In this document: one piece after another, positions 36,085 through 44,770 of the stretch
Layout of the letters: each line of letters starts with the position of its first letter
How positions within the stretch are numbered: position 1 is the stretch's first letter
From: Candidatus Yanofskybacteria bacterium
Lineage (GTDB): Bacteria > Patescibacteriota > Minisyncoccia > 2-02-FULL-40-12 > GWA2-44-9
Assembly (NCBI GenBank): GCA_020852375.1
Contig: JADZAY010000008.1
Span: 9,688 to 73,687 of the forward strand
Direction: 5' to 3'
Length of the DNA stretch: 64,000 nucleotides
Position numbers and translations under genes: made by a program
Notes under the pieces: generated by a model
The model's input: only the letters and a program-made list of their open reading frames with translations
Databases searched by the model: none
Told to the model about the DNA's origin: nothing

Positions 36085-36471
36085 CTACGCGCCTGTATGT
36101 CTGCCCGCCTGGTGCTTCCAGCCGTAGAGCATGCGGCCGATCTCTTCCAGGCGGGCGGACAAGTCAGAAAACCTCGTCTCGCCGATTCCTTCAAGCTCCC
36201 ACAGCGCGGTGAGCATGAATTTTAAGACATCGTTTCGCGCGATGGCCCGTGCGAGGAGCGGCGGTCGTTCAAGCGAGGGAGCGAATTGCGCCGCGGCAAT
36301 CAGTTCTACGAGTTCCGCAAAGAGCGCGTCAATACGGATGCCAAGAGAGTAGCGACGCATCTTGGGGATGTGGCGCGTAATGGAATGCCATTGCACATAT
36401 GCAGCGAGCAGTTTTGCGGCAGTTCCGGAAATCCTGTCCGTGCGGATGTTTTTCGGGGGGGGGTGCTCCAT
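36085..36471 (-). CDS. avd: Accessory variability determinant (Avd)-like four-helix-bundle protein
   Basis: 128 aa from the internal MEHPPPKN.... The motifs IPKMRRYSLGIRIDALFAELVELIAAAQ and the C-terminal EIGRMLYGWKHQ match the bAvd / 23S-rRNA-IVS-protein family pattern. It is basic. Its start codon lies 3 bp from the RT start, on the opposite strand. Confidence 0.65.
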   Translation of the reverse strand: MEHPPPKNIRTDRISGTAAKLLAAYVQWHSITRHIPKMRRYSLGIRIDALFAELVELIAAAQFAPSLERPPLLARAIARNDVLKFMLTALWELEGIGETRFSDLSARLEEIGRMLYGWKHQAGRHTGA

Positions 36472-36473
36472 GT

Positions 36474-37466
36474 ATGACTCTGAATGTAGCATACGACAGC
36501 ATATTTTCATACGAGCGGCTCTTCGCGAGCTGGCGTGCGTTTGCGCGCGGGAAGCGGCAGCGTGCGGACGTCGCCGCATACGCCGTGCGCCTGATAGACA
36601 ATATCTCGTCATTGCACCGTGACCTTGCGAACGGAACATGGCAGCATGGCGGGTATCGCCGTTTTTGTGTTTCCGATCCGAAACCGCGCATTATCCACAA
36701 GGCATCGGTACGCGACCGCATTGTCCACCACGCGATCATGTCCGCGCTCGGTCCGTACTTTGAGCGGCGATTCATTCCGGATTCATACTCCTGCAGAATC
36801 GGGAAGGGAACTCATTGTGCGCTGGGCAGGTTCGCGGAGTTCATCCGAAGCGGCAGTCGCAACGACACGCGCACCTGCTGGGTGCTCCAGTGTGACATTC
36901 GGAAGTGCTTCGCATCGCTTGATCAAAGGGTGCTCATCGCACTTCTTTCACGGCATGTACCCTGCGAGAAGTTGATGCGGGTGCTCCGGTCGGTCATTGA
37001 GAGTTACTCGTCCGGGGCATCGGGAGCTGGAATTCCGCTTGGCAACCTCACGAGCCAGCTGTTCGTAAATGTGTACCTTCATGAACTCGACAGGTTCATG
37101 GGGAAGACGCTTCGATGCTTGCAGTATATTCGCTACGCCGATGACTTTGCGGTAGTTTCTCCGAACCGCGCGTGGCTCATGTCACTCGTGCCGCATATCC
37201 GTAATTTTCTGGGCACTGCTCTCAAGTTGCAACTGCATCCGGGCAAACTCACTCTGCGGACAGTCGCTTCGGGCGTGGATTTCCTCGGGTGGGTCCATTT
37301 TCCGAACCACCGCGTCTTGCGCACGGCAACGAAGCGGCGAATGTTCCATGCATTGCGGCGATCCGCCGCGCTTCCGACGGTCGCGTCGTACCTTGGCTTG
37401 CTCGGCAATGGAAATACGCATCGCCTCGTGCAAATGGTCAGAGGGCTTGCTATACTCCACGAATAA
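36474..37466 (+). CDS. DGR-type reverse transcriptase
   Basis: The start is set at MTLNVAYDS.... RT motifs include FIPDSYSCRIGKGTH, the DGR-characteristic IPLGNLTSQLFVNVYL (LGxxxSQ) and the catalytic YADDF. About 330 aa, with no maturase or endonuclease domains. Confidence 0.85.
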   Translation: MTLNVAYDSIFSYERLFASWRAFARGKRQRADVAAYAVRLIDNISSLHRDLANGTWQHGGYRRFCVSDPKPRIIHKASVRDRIVHHAIMSALGPYFERRFIPDSYSCRIGKGTHCALGRFAEFIRSGSRNDTRTCWVLQCDIRKCFASLDQRVLIALLSRHVPCEKLMRVLRSVIESYSSGASGAGIPLGNLTSQLFVNVYLHELDRFMGKTLRCLQYIRYADDFAVVSPNRAWLMSLVPHIRNFLGTALKLQLHPGKLTLRTVASGVDFLGWVHFPNHRVLRTATKRRMFHALRRSAALPTVASYLGLLGNGNTHRLVQMVRGLAILHE

Positions 37467-37468
37467 GC

Positions 37469-39343
37469 ATGACGGAGCGCATCTCGGAGCCAACACCGGA
37501 GCAGACCGCGCGGCGGGAAATGGCCGAGCGAATTTGGCGCGAGCATGGGAGGTATTTTGAATCGTATGCGGGCACGTATGGGTTGGAAGTCAAGCCGTCG
37601 CCTCCCGGACTGGGAACATTCGCTGTCAATTTGGAAAAAGGCATCCTCTATATCGCGACGGAGTGGTTCCTGGAGCGGGGATATTCCGAAGCGGAGATTC
37701 CCGCCTATGTACTGCACGAGATGGAGCATATGCGGGAAGCGGATGCGCTGGTGCGTACTCATGGCGGACTGGGGGTGTGGCGAGAGCACGGCAAGCGGTG
37801 CAAGGCCAGCCGACGATTCCGTATTTTAGATAACTGCGTAGATGACATCAAGATGAACCGGACCGTAATGCTCCGTGCGCCGGTACAGACAGAAACGCTT
37901 CTCGACTTTTATCGCAGGCGGTTCAATGGGGGAACGAATGATCTTTCGGGAGCGCCGCGGCATTTGCAGTTTGCGTACGCGCTCCTGCGGCTGGCAATGT
38001 TGCCTGATGAACCGGTCGTCGTGGCACCCGAAGTACGGGAGGCGCTGGACGAGCTGGAGGCGCTCCGTGGCCGAAGCGGTCGCACCGCGCTGGACATTAT
38101 GACGGATCCACAGGTGGATATGGCCACACGTCTTACGCTCCAGGAAAAAAACGTTGAACCGCTGTTCGAGCGGTTGTATGAGCGGGATCGTCGGGAGCGG
38201 CAACCGGAAAAACCGGGCGATAGCCAGGGCGGGGAGAAAAGTGGCGGCGAAGGCGGGGGCGAGGGCGACGATCCGTTCGCCAGCGAGTATGACCGTTTTG
38301 ATGCGCAGAATCCGGATGGAGCGCTCTCCGACGACGCGCTCGGGGACGCGGTGGACGAGGCGGATGCGTCCGGCGCGCTTGCGCGTCCGCGCGGCGGACA
38401 GCTGGCAGACGCGGCACGGGATGCTCGTTCTGCGTACGCTCGTGAACATGGCGTTTCCGAATCCGAACTTGCCGCATACCGGCGATTCTACGATCAGTTG
38501 ACAGCGCTTACTGACCCCGAAACGGGTCGCACGGTTGTTGACGGTTTGCGGGATGTGTTTGAGCAAATCATTTCGGAACGTGAGCGACCACGGGTGGTGC
38601 CGAAGCATCCGGTTATACATGGCCACCGGCTTTCACGGCCGGCACAGGCGCATATTGCGGCGCGAACGGGCGACCGGCACCCCTCTGTGTGGGAGACGGT
38701 CGAACGAAAGGAGAAAAAAGGCGAGCTGTACGGCGACGTTGATGTAGTGCTCGTCTGTGATCGGTCGGGGAGCATGCTCGGCCAGAAGGCAATCCAGCAG
38801 CGACTGGCGGCGGGTTTGATGCTGGAGGCGCTTGCCGACTTTTCCGAGCTCATCCATGAGCGTGCGAGCGGGCTGACCGATCCGCTGGTCGTGCGAACCC
38901 AGACGTGGTCGTTCGGTGACGAGGCGGTCACGAACGAGCTCAAGCCGTTGAGCGATAACCTAACCGAGCGCGATCGCGTGGCCGTGTTTCATGCGCTCGG
39001 CTCTACTCCGGGCAGCTCCACGATGGATTACGAAGCGCTCAAGCGTATTGCAGACGGCATTGATGCGGGCGAACAGCAACTGCTCCGTCAGAAAAAACTG
39101 AAGAAGATCATCATCGCGCTTACCGATGGCGTTAGTAGCGATATGCCCGCGTTGCGTGGCCAGATTGAGCGGCTCCGTGGCATGGGCGCGGTTGTTGTCG
39201 GTGTTGGTATCACCAAAGACGGCGTATCGGCCGAGACATCATATGCTCCGAACGGCCTTGTCTGTGCGGAGGTCGCAGCTCTGCCGCGCACGCTCGCCGA
39301 CCTATTGAAAAAGCATTTGGCTGACCTGAATGTCCGGCGGTGA
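37469..39343 (+). CDS. von Willebrand factor A domain protein with N-terminal HExxH (zinc-metallopeptidase-like) domain
   Basis: The start is set at MTERISEPTPEQ... (3 bp after the RT stop). The N-terminal domain has YVLHEMEHMREADAL. An acidic Gly-rich linker follows. The C-terminal VWA has a MIDAS-like motif VVLVCDRSGSM...IIIALTDGVS. Confidence 0.75.
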   Translation: MTERISEPTPEQTARREMAERIWREHGRYFESYAGTYGLEVKPSPPGLGTFAVNLEKGILYIATEWFLERGYSEAEIPAYVLHEMEHMREADALVRTHGGLGVWREHGKRCKASRRFRILDNCVDDIKMNRTVMLRAPVQTETLLDFYRRRFNGGTNDLSGAPRHLQFAYALLRLAMLPDEPVVVAPEVREALDELEALRGRSGRTALDIMTDPQVDMATRLTLQEKNVEPLFERLYERDRRERQPEKPGDSQGGEKSGGEGGGEGDDPFASEYDRFDAQNPDGALSDDALGDAVDEADASGALARPRGGQLADAARDARSAYAREHGVSESELAAYRRFYDQLTALTDPETGRTVVDGLRDVFEQIISERERPRVVPKHPVIHGHRLSRPAQAHIAARTGDRHPSVWETVERKEKKGELYGDVDVVLVCDRSGSMLGQKAIQQRLAAGLMLEALADFSELIHERASGLTDPLVVRTQTWSFGDEAVTNELKPLSDNLTERDRVAVFHALGSTPGSSTMDYEALKRIADGIDAGEQQLLRQKKLKKIIIALTDGVSSDMPALRGQIERLRGMGAVVVGVGITKDGVSAETSYAPNGLVCAEVAALPRTLADLLKKHLADLNVRR

Positions 39344-39358
39344 TATCTGAAACAGCGC

Positions 39359-39679
39359 GTGCATACGGCATGGATTGACTTTGATTCTCGTACGGCCTAC
39401 CATCGGGTTATGGAAAAAGACGTGCGTGACGCCATCGAGGATTTAGCGCTTGTGACGGCTCGCGAGTTTCAAACACTTCGAGAAGATCTCAAGCAGTTTG
39501 CCACGAAAGAAGATCTCAAGCAGTTTGCCACGAAAGAAGATCTCGCGGCGGGATTTTCAATGGTGATGGATATTATTCGTCCTATGCGGCGGGATTATGA
39601 AGCTCTTAAAGACGACCTGGCGCCCCGGATGGATAGCGTGGAGCAGCGCCTGCTGAAGGTGGAGCACAAGGTTGCATAG
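39359..39679 (+). CDS. Small coiled-coil hypothetical protein with internal tandem repeat
   Basis: 106 aa (alternative start MEKDVRDA). It contains a 27-bp tandem duplication encoding KEDLKQFAT twice. Confidence 0.4.
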   Translation: MHTAWIDFDSRTAYHRVMEKDVRDAIEDLALVTAREFQTLREDLKQFATKEDLKQFATKEDLAAGFSMVMDIIRPMRRDYEALKDDLAPRMDSVEQRLLKVEHKVA

Positions 39680-39796
39680 GCACTGGTGCCACTTCTTTTT
39701 CGTGCTCTTGAAGTAGTCCGCAGGGAGTGGCATAGTAGCGGCGCACCGTGACGGTGCTGTGCGGCATCTCGTCGCACACTCCCGTGAGGGGAGGGT

Positions 39797-40237
39797 TTGA
39801 CAATGGCGAAAGGGAAAGAGCTTTCCGAGCGAGAGTTGGTAGCGCTGAGCGCCCTGAAGATCGCTCTCACCGCCGTCGCCGTTTCTCCGGTGTCGGTGAC
39901 CCATGTAAGGCGCTTCACGAAGGTGCGTGAGACCAACAAAGACGGGGTCCGTCGGTGCACAATGCGCTTGGCATTTGGTTTCCGGCGACTCGATGTTGAT
40001 GAGTGCGGCACGGGGACGGCGTCCATAACGCTTTGGCTTGTGGTTGCTGCGGACAGTGCAAAGCTGTGCTCCTACTACTCCGTGTGGGCTCCGGTTGATG
40101 CCCATATCACGGTAACGCAAGGGAAGGACCTGTTCCGCTTGCCCTTTGCCTGTCCCGTGAGTGCGGGCAGAGTTGGGACCGGTGAGCGCTCGTACTTCGT
40201 CGCTGTGCGGGGCGCTCTCAGTGTTCGCAAGAAGTAG
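39797..40237 (+). CDS. Hypothetical protein
   Basis: 146 aa, no recognised motif. Confidence 0.4.
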   Translation: MTMAKGKELSERELVALSALKIALTAVAVSPVSVTHVRRFTKVRETNKDGVRRCTMRLAFGFRRLDVDECGTGTASITLWLVVAADSAKLCSYYSVWAPVDAHITVTQGKDLFRLPFACPVSAGRVGTGERSYFVAVRGALSVRKK

Positions 40238-40298
40238 GCCTTCCGATCGCCCGACGCTATCCCTTTTTCGCGAGCAACGAAGTTGCTAGAATCCAATT

Positions 40299-40376
40299 GG
40301 CGGCGTGGCGAAGGAAAACGCGCAGGGCCTGCAAACCCTGTACTCGATGGGTTGGAATTCCCATCCGTCGCCTCCA
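40299..40376 (+). ncRNA. tRNA-like element (degenerate tRNA-Cys(GCA)-like, non-canonical loops)
   Basis: Sequence GGCGGCG-TG-GCG-AAGGAAAA-CGC-G-CAGGG-CCTGCAAA-CCCTG-TACTC-GATGG(G)-TTGGAATT-(C)CCATC-CGTCGCC-T-CCA. The acceptor stem, discriminator U and CCA are the same as in the tRNA-Cys at 16304. The anticodon and T loops are 8 nt rather than 7. Confidence 0.4.
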
Positions 40377-40383
40377 TCCTCAT

Positions 40384-40415
40384 CCCCGGACACCTGTCCG
40401 GGGCTTTCGTTTTGA
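40384..40415 (+). terminator. Rho-independent terminator
   Basis: CCCCGGACA-CCT-TGTCCGGGG followed by CTTTCGTTTTG. Confidence 0.65.
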
Positions 40416-40532
40416 TAATGCATACGGCGTTATCAAAACGGGCAGAATCGCAGCGGCTACGCCGCTTGGGCGATTCTGAGTTACCGTAAAGAGTCTATTT
40501 ATTTCAGCGGATTTCCATGCTAGGATGCCGTC

Positions 40533-40838
40533 ATGCTGACAGATGCAGAAGTAAATCATATCGCCAAACTTGCGCGCATCGAGCTCACCGATGCATTGCG
40601 TGAGCGGATGAAAAAAGACCTCTCGAGCGTGCTCGAGTATGTCGCATTGCTTGAGAAGGCCGATACCGCCGGCGTCGAGCCGTTGTATCAGGTGACCGGT
40701 CTTCAGAACCAAACCCGGCCCGACGAGCGTCGCGCCGATTTTCCCATGGACGCAGCGCTCTTCGAGCGCCTGGTCGGGCAGGCGCCGGCTCATGATGGGC
40801 GCCTTGTGAAGGTGAAGGCGGTTAAACGAACGACATGA
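40533..40838 (+). CDS. gatC: Asp/Glu-tRNA(Asn/Gln) amidotransferase subunit C
   Basis: 101 aa. [40 protein letters not shown] is typical GatC. Its stop overlaps the gatA start. Confidence 0.88.
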   Translation: MLTDAEVNHIAKLARIELTDALRERMKKDLSSVLEYVALLEKADTAGVEPLYQVTGLQNQTRPDERRADFPMDAALFERLVGQAPAHDGRLVKVKAVKRTT

Positions 40839-42262
40839 AGGATTTCGGATATACTATCGCATCTGCACGGGAAGCATTTTTGTCGGGGACGCTCACGCCC
40901 GAGCGGTTGTTCGAGCACTACCAGCGTCGGATCGCCGAGCAGAACGGCACCCTGAACGCCTACCGTTCGGTCGATTTTTCATATGCTGACCACGGGCGCG
41001 ATGCGTCGATCCTTGCCGGGATTCCATATGCCCTGAAAGACAACATGCTTGTCGGCGGGACGATCGCGACAGCCGGATCGAAGATCCTCGAGCGCTATGT
41101 TTCCGCATACGATTCGACCGTGTACGCGAAGCTCCGATCCGGAGGCGCACAGCTTCTCGGGAAGACCAATATGGATGAGTTCGCTATGGGGTCGTCAGGG
41201 GAGAACAGTGCGTACGGTGTCGTACGGAACCCATGGGACACGGACCGTGTTCCCGGGGGAAGTTCCGCCGGCTCTGCTGCTGCCGTCGCCGCCGACCTGT
41301 GTGTATTTTCTCTGGGATCGGATACGGGCGGCTCGATCCGTCAGCCCGCCGCGATGTGTGGTGTGGTTGGGTTGAAGCCGACGTACGGCCGCGTGAGTCG
41401 GCATGGCTTGATGGCAATGGCATCGTCGCTTGACCAGATCGGGCCATTCACGAAGACCGTTGAAGACGCGGCGCTGGTGCTCGGTGCCATCGCAGGGCCG
41501 GATCCGCTTGATTCGACGACCGTTCCGCATGATGTGCCAGACTATGTAGCGGAAATGAACGGGGACATGACCGGCGTGCGCGTCGGTGTTCCAAAGGAAT
41601 ATTTTGGAGAAGGCTTGAGCGCCGAGGTTCGTGAGCGCGTCGAGGGGGGGATCCGCGCATTGGAGCGCGCGGGTGCCGAGATTGTTGAGGTATCGTTGCC
41701 GCACAGCGCATACGCGCTGGCGGTCTACTATATCGTTCAGCCGAGCGAAGTGTCTGCGAACCTTGCGCGATACGACGGCATTCGGTACGGGCACTCCGCT
41801 TCCGATGCCGATACGCTGCTGGAGGTATACACCAAGAGCCGTGCGCAGGGATTTGGACCCGAGCCGCTCCGGCGCATCATGCTCGGCACCTATGCGCTGT
41901 CGGCGGGGTATTTTGATGCCTATTATCTGAGGGCGCAAAAAGTCCGCGCGCTCATCCGGCAGGACTTCGATCGCGCGTTCGAGCGTGTCGATGTGATCGT
42001 CGGTCCGACGTCGCCGACCGTCGCGTTCAAAATTGGAGAGAAGAGCGATGACCCGCTTGCGATGTATCTCTCTGATATCTACACGGTGCCCGTGAACCTC
42101 GCAGGAGTACCGGCTCTTTCGGTGCCATGTGGGCTTGGCGCAGCATCCGGGTTGCCAGTCGGTTTCCATATCATCGGGGACATGTTCCGGGAGGGAATGG
42201 TCCTGCGCGTCGCGCGCCATATTGAACATGCTGTACGAGAATCTTCGGAACACACTCACTGA
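40835..42262 (+). CDS. gatA: Asp/Glu-tRNA(Asn/Gln) amidotransferase subunit A (amidase)
   Basis: Amidase signature [13 protein letters not shown] with the Ser-cisSer-Lys triad context. 475 aa. No gatB follows. Confidence 0.92.
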   Translation: MKDFGYTIASAREAFLSGTLTPERLFEHYQRRIAEQNGTLNAYRSVDFSYADHGRDASILAGIPYALKDNMLVGGTIATAGSKILERYVSAYDSTVYAKLRSGGAQLLGKTNMDEFAMGSSGENSAYGVVRNPWDTDRVPGGSSAGSAAAVAADLCVFSLGSDTGGSIRQPAAMCGVVGLKPTYGRVSRHGLMAMASSLDQIGPFTKTVEDAALVLGAIAGPDPLDSTTVPHDVPDYVAEMNGDMTGVRVGVPKEYFGEGLSAEVRERVEGGIRALERAGAEIVEVSLPHSAYALAVYYIVQPSEVSANLARYDGIRYGHSASDADTLLEVYTKSRAQGFGPEPLRRIMLGTYALSAGYFDAYYLRAQKVRALIRQDFDRAFERVDVIVGPTSPTVAFKIGEKSDDPLAMYLSDIYTVPVNLAGVPALSVPCGLGAASGLPVGFHIIGDMFREGMVLRVARHIEHAVRESSEHTH

Positions 42263-42842
42263 GCTTGCCGCGGCGCTCTTACTGAGGGGATCCGCGTGGG
42301 ATGACGCGTCTCTTCCGGCGCGTATCGGAGATGTTCTTCACAATAATGCTATCGCGGGGGATGCGCGCACGCTCATCTCGGAGATTGCATTCATTCTCTG
42401 CGTCGGATTGGTTGCGTTTATTGCATTCGTTGCGCGGCAGAAGCGCGCGCTCCAGGCAAAGCAGGCCGTTGCCGTGCCGGCTGCAGTTCCCGAGGCGGCG
42501 GAAGCGGTCGGCAATCAGCCTGTCGGGATGCTGCGGGCGCGGTGGGATGCGATCCTGAAGCATCTCGATTCGAATCGGGAAGGAGACTGGAAGCTTGCCG
42601 TGCTCGAGGCGGATAAGTTGGTGGAAGACGCACTGGCGCGGGCGGGATTCCCGGGAGATTCGTTCGGAGACCGCCTCACGAACATACAGCCCGGAACACT
42701 ACAGTCGCTCGACGGGATCTGGTGGGCGCACAAGGTCAGGAATCGGGTCGCACATGAGATCGATTACTTTCTCCGGTATACTGAAGCGAAGCAGGTGCTG
42801 GGATATTTTGAGACAGCGCTCGTTGAGCTGAACTTTCTGTGA
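42228..42842 (+). CDS. Hypothetical membrane protein
   Basis: The start is set at MLYENLRN... (overlapping the gatA 3' end by about 35 bp). One TM ([20 protein letters not shown]), then a roughly 120-aa soluble domain. Confidence 0.45.
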   Translation: MLYENLRNTLTELAAALLLRGSAWDDASLPARIGDVLHNNAIAGDARTLISEIAFILCVGLVAFIAFVARQKRALQAKQAVAVPAAVPEAAEAVGNQPVGMLRARWDAILKHLDSNREGDWKLAVLEADKLVEDALARAGFPGDSFGDRLTNIQPGTLQSLDGIWWAHKVRNRVAHEIDYFLRYTEAKQVLGYFETALVELNFL

Positions 42843-44686
42843 TCGGTATGGCAACACTACCTGACATACTAAAATCTACGCGAACCCGGATCGTTGGTGC
42901 GGTCGCGGCCGGGATCGTCGTGCTTGGAACAACGGCGTACGGCTGGTACACCGCCGAGCGCATTGTCCCGAACACCTGGGTCGGTTCGGTTGATGTTGGC
43001 GGTCTGACGCGTGACGAGGCGGCGCTGCGGCTTCAGGACGAGTTAGACCGGGTGGCGGTTTCCGGCGTTCAGCTTTCCATCGATGGCGCCCCGCAGTCGA
43101 TCGACCTTGATACGGTTGGTTTTGACCTCAATATCGCGCAAGCGGTTGACGAAGCGTTCGTGCGAGGGCATGGCGGATCGCTGCCTGCGCGCCTCGGTGA
43201 GCGGATCCGTGCACTGTGGCACGCTGAGCGTGTTGCGGCTCCGATTCGTGTCGATGAGAATGCTCTCCGGGCACAGGTTGCAGAGGTTGCCGATGTGACT
43301 GACGTCGATCGGCGCGACGTCCGACTGGAGATCGAGGGAACGACGGTCCGCGTGCTTACCGATACGAAGCCTGGGAGGGCGATCAATCAGCAGGAGGCGT
43401 TCTCGGCGACGCTCGATACGCTTCGCGCGCTTGGTGGCGCATCGATCGCGCTGCAGTTGTACGACGACCCGCCGCGTATCGATCCTGCTACCGCGGACGA
43501 CGCCGCACTCGCTGCGCGCCGCATGATTGCGCGACCGCTTACACTCCAGTACGAAGACCTCTTTTTTACAATCAACCGAGAGAAGATCGGGTCCTGGATT
43601 GTTTCCCATGCGGGAGCCTCGGATGGGCCACAGCAACGGACGCTCGTCGCGAGCGTTGATCCGGCTTCTGTCGCAGCCTATGTGACAACGGTTGCCCGCA
43701 CACTGAATGTAGACCCGCAGCCGCCGCAGATTACCACAGAAGGAGGCCGCGTGACCGGATTCGTACCTCCGAAGGTCGGGCGTGCGGTGAAGGAGGACGT
43801 TCTGGTCCAAATGATTGTTGACGCACTCGCAAGTCGCGCATCGAACGGAAAGGTGGGGGATGTCCTCACGGTCCCGCTGAAGGCGACCAGTATGGCGCTC
43901 GAAGGACTTGATGCGGCGGCCGGCATCCGCGAGATCATCGGGCGCGCGACGACTCCGTTCGCGGGGAGCCCGAAGAACCGCATCAGCAACATCAAGAACG
44001 GGGTAAAGTTCCTGACCGGGGCCGTCGTGAAGGCGGGGGAGGAGTTCTCGACTCTGCAGACGCTGGGGACCATCGACAACACGACCGGATATCTCCCCGA
44101 GCTGGTCATCAAGGGAGATCGGACGCTTCCCGAGTTCGGGGGTGGGTTGTGCCAGGTCTCAACGACGCTGTTCCGCGCCGTGCTCAACGCCGGGTTGCCG
44201 GTGACCGCGCGCCGCAACCACAGCTACCGGGTCACCTACTACGAAAAGGATGGCGACGGGAAAAAGATCGGGCCCGGGCTTGATGCGACCATCTACGAGC
44301 CGAACGTAGACTTCAAATTCAAGAACGACACTGCGCATCCGATCCTGATCATCGGATATGTCATCGGCGATAAGGTCTCTTTCGACCTCTACGGTACGAA
44401 AGATGGCCGCACGAGTCAGCTTATCGGGCCGCGAACGCTCACCGAGACGCCCCCGGGCGAGCCGGTATATATTGAGACGACCGAGCTCGCGCCGGGGGTC
44501 GTCAAACAGGTTGAGACGCCGCATCCCGGCGGCTCGGCGGTTGCGACCTATGTCGTGACATATCCGGACGGGCACAAGGAGGTTCAGGAGTTCAAGAGCT
44601 GGTATCGTAAATGGCCGGCGAAGTATCTCAAGGGCGTCGCCCAGCTTTCCTCGACCCCGTCACCGCTCTCTGCGGCGCAAGAATAG
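42839..44686 (+). CDS. VanW-family protein (peptidoglycan-associated, with N-terminal TM)
   Basis: 615 aa. It has an N-terminal TM. The VanW-domain core is GGGLCQVSTTLFRAVLNAGLPVTARRNHSY. A C-terminal beta-rich domain follows. Confidence 0.75.
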   Translation: MIGMATLPDILKSTRTRIVGAVAAGIVVLGTTAYGWYTAERIVPNTWVGSVDVGGLTRDEAALRLQDELDRVAVSGVQLSIDGAPQSIDLDTVGFDLNIAQAVDEAFVRGHGGSLPARLGERIRALWHAERVAAPIRVDENALRAQVAEVADVTDVDRRDVRLEIEGTTVRVLTDTKPGRAINQQEAFSATLDTLRALGGASIALQLYDDPPRIDPATADDAALAARRMIARPLTLQYEDLFFTINREKIGSWIVSHAGASDGPQQRTLVASVDPASVAAYVTTVARTLNVDPQPPQITTEGGRVTGFVPPKVGRAVKEDVLVQMIVDALASRASNGKVGDVLTVPLKATSMALEGLDAAAGIREIIGRATTPFAGSPKNRISNIKNGVKFLTGAVVKAGEEFSTLQTLGTIDNTTGYLPELVIKGDRTLPEFGGGLCQVSTTLFRAVLNAGLPVTARRNHSYRVTYYEKDGDGKKIGPGLDATIYEPNVDFKFKNDTAHPILIIGYVIGDKVSFDLYGTKDGRTSQLIGPRTLTETPPGEPVYIETTELAPGVVKQVETPHPGGSAVATYVVTYPDGHKEVQEFKSWYRKWPAKYLKGVAQLSSTPSPLSAAQE

Positions 44687-44702
44687 TGGTAGCGCGTCGC
44701 TC

Positions 44703-44735
44703 GGCGACCCACTATGTGGGTCGCTTATTTATCTT
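44703..44735 (+). terminator. Rho-independent terminator after the VanW-family gene, overlapping the ileS promoter -35 element
   Basis: Stem-loop CGACCCAC-TAT-GTGGGTCG followed by CTTATTTATCTT. It is then followed by TTGAAA-N17-TACCAT ending about 9 nt before the ileS ATG, suggesting a leaderless or short-leader ileS mRNA. Confidence 0.55.
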
Positions 44736-44770
44736 GAAAAAGCGGGGAAAGTTGCGTACCATGAACGAAT

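Noticed and set aside
35877-36212. ORF (111 aa) spanning the DGR template repeat
   Set aside because: It is open only because the TR is a copy of coding sequence. It overlaps the better-supported antisense avd gene and has no independent start context.
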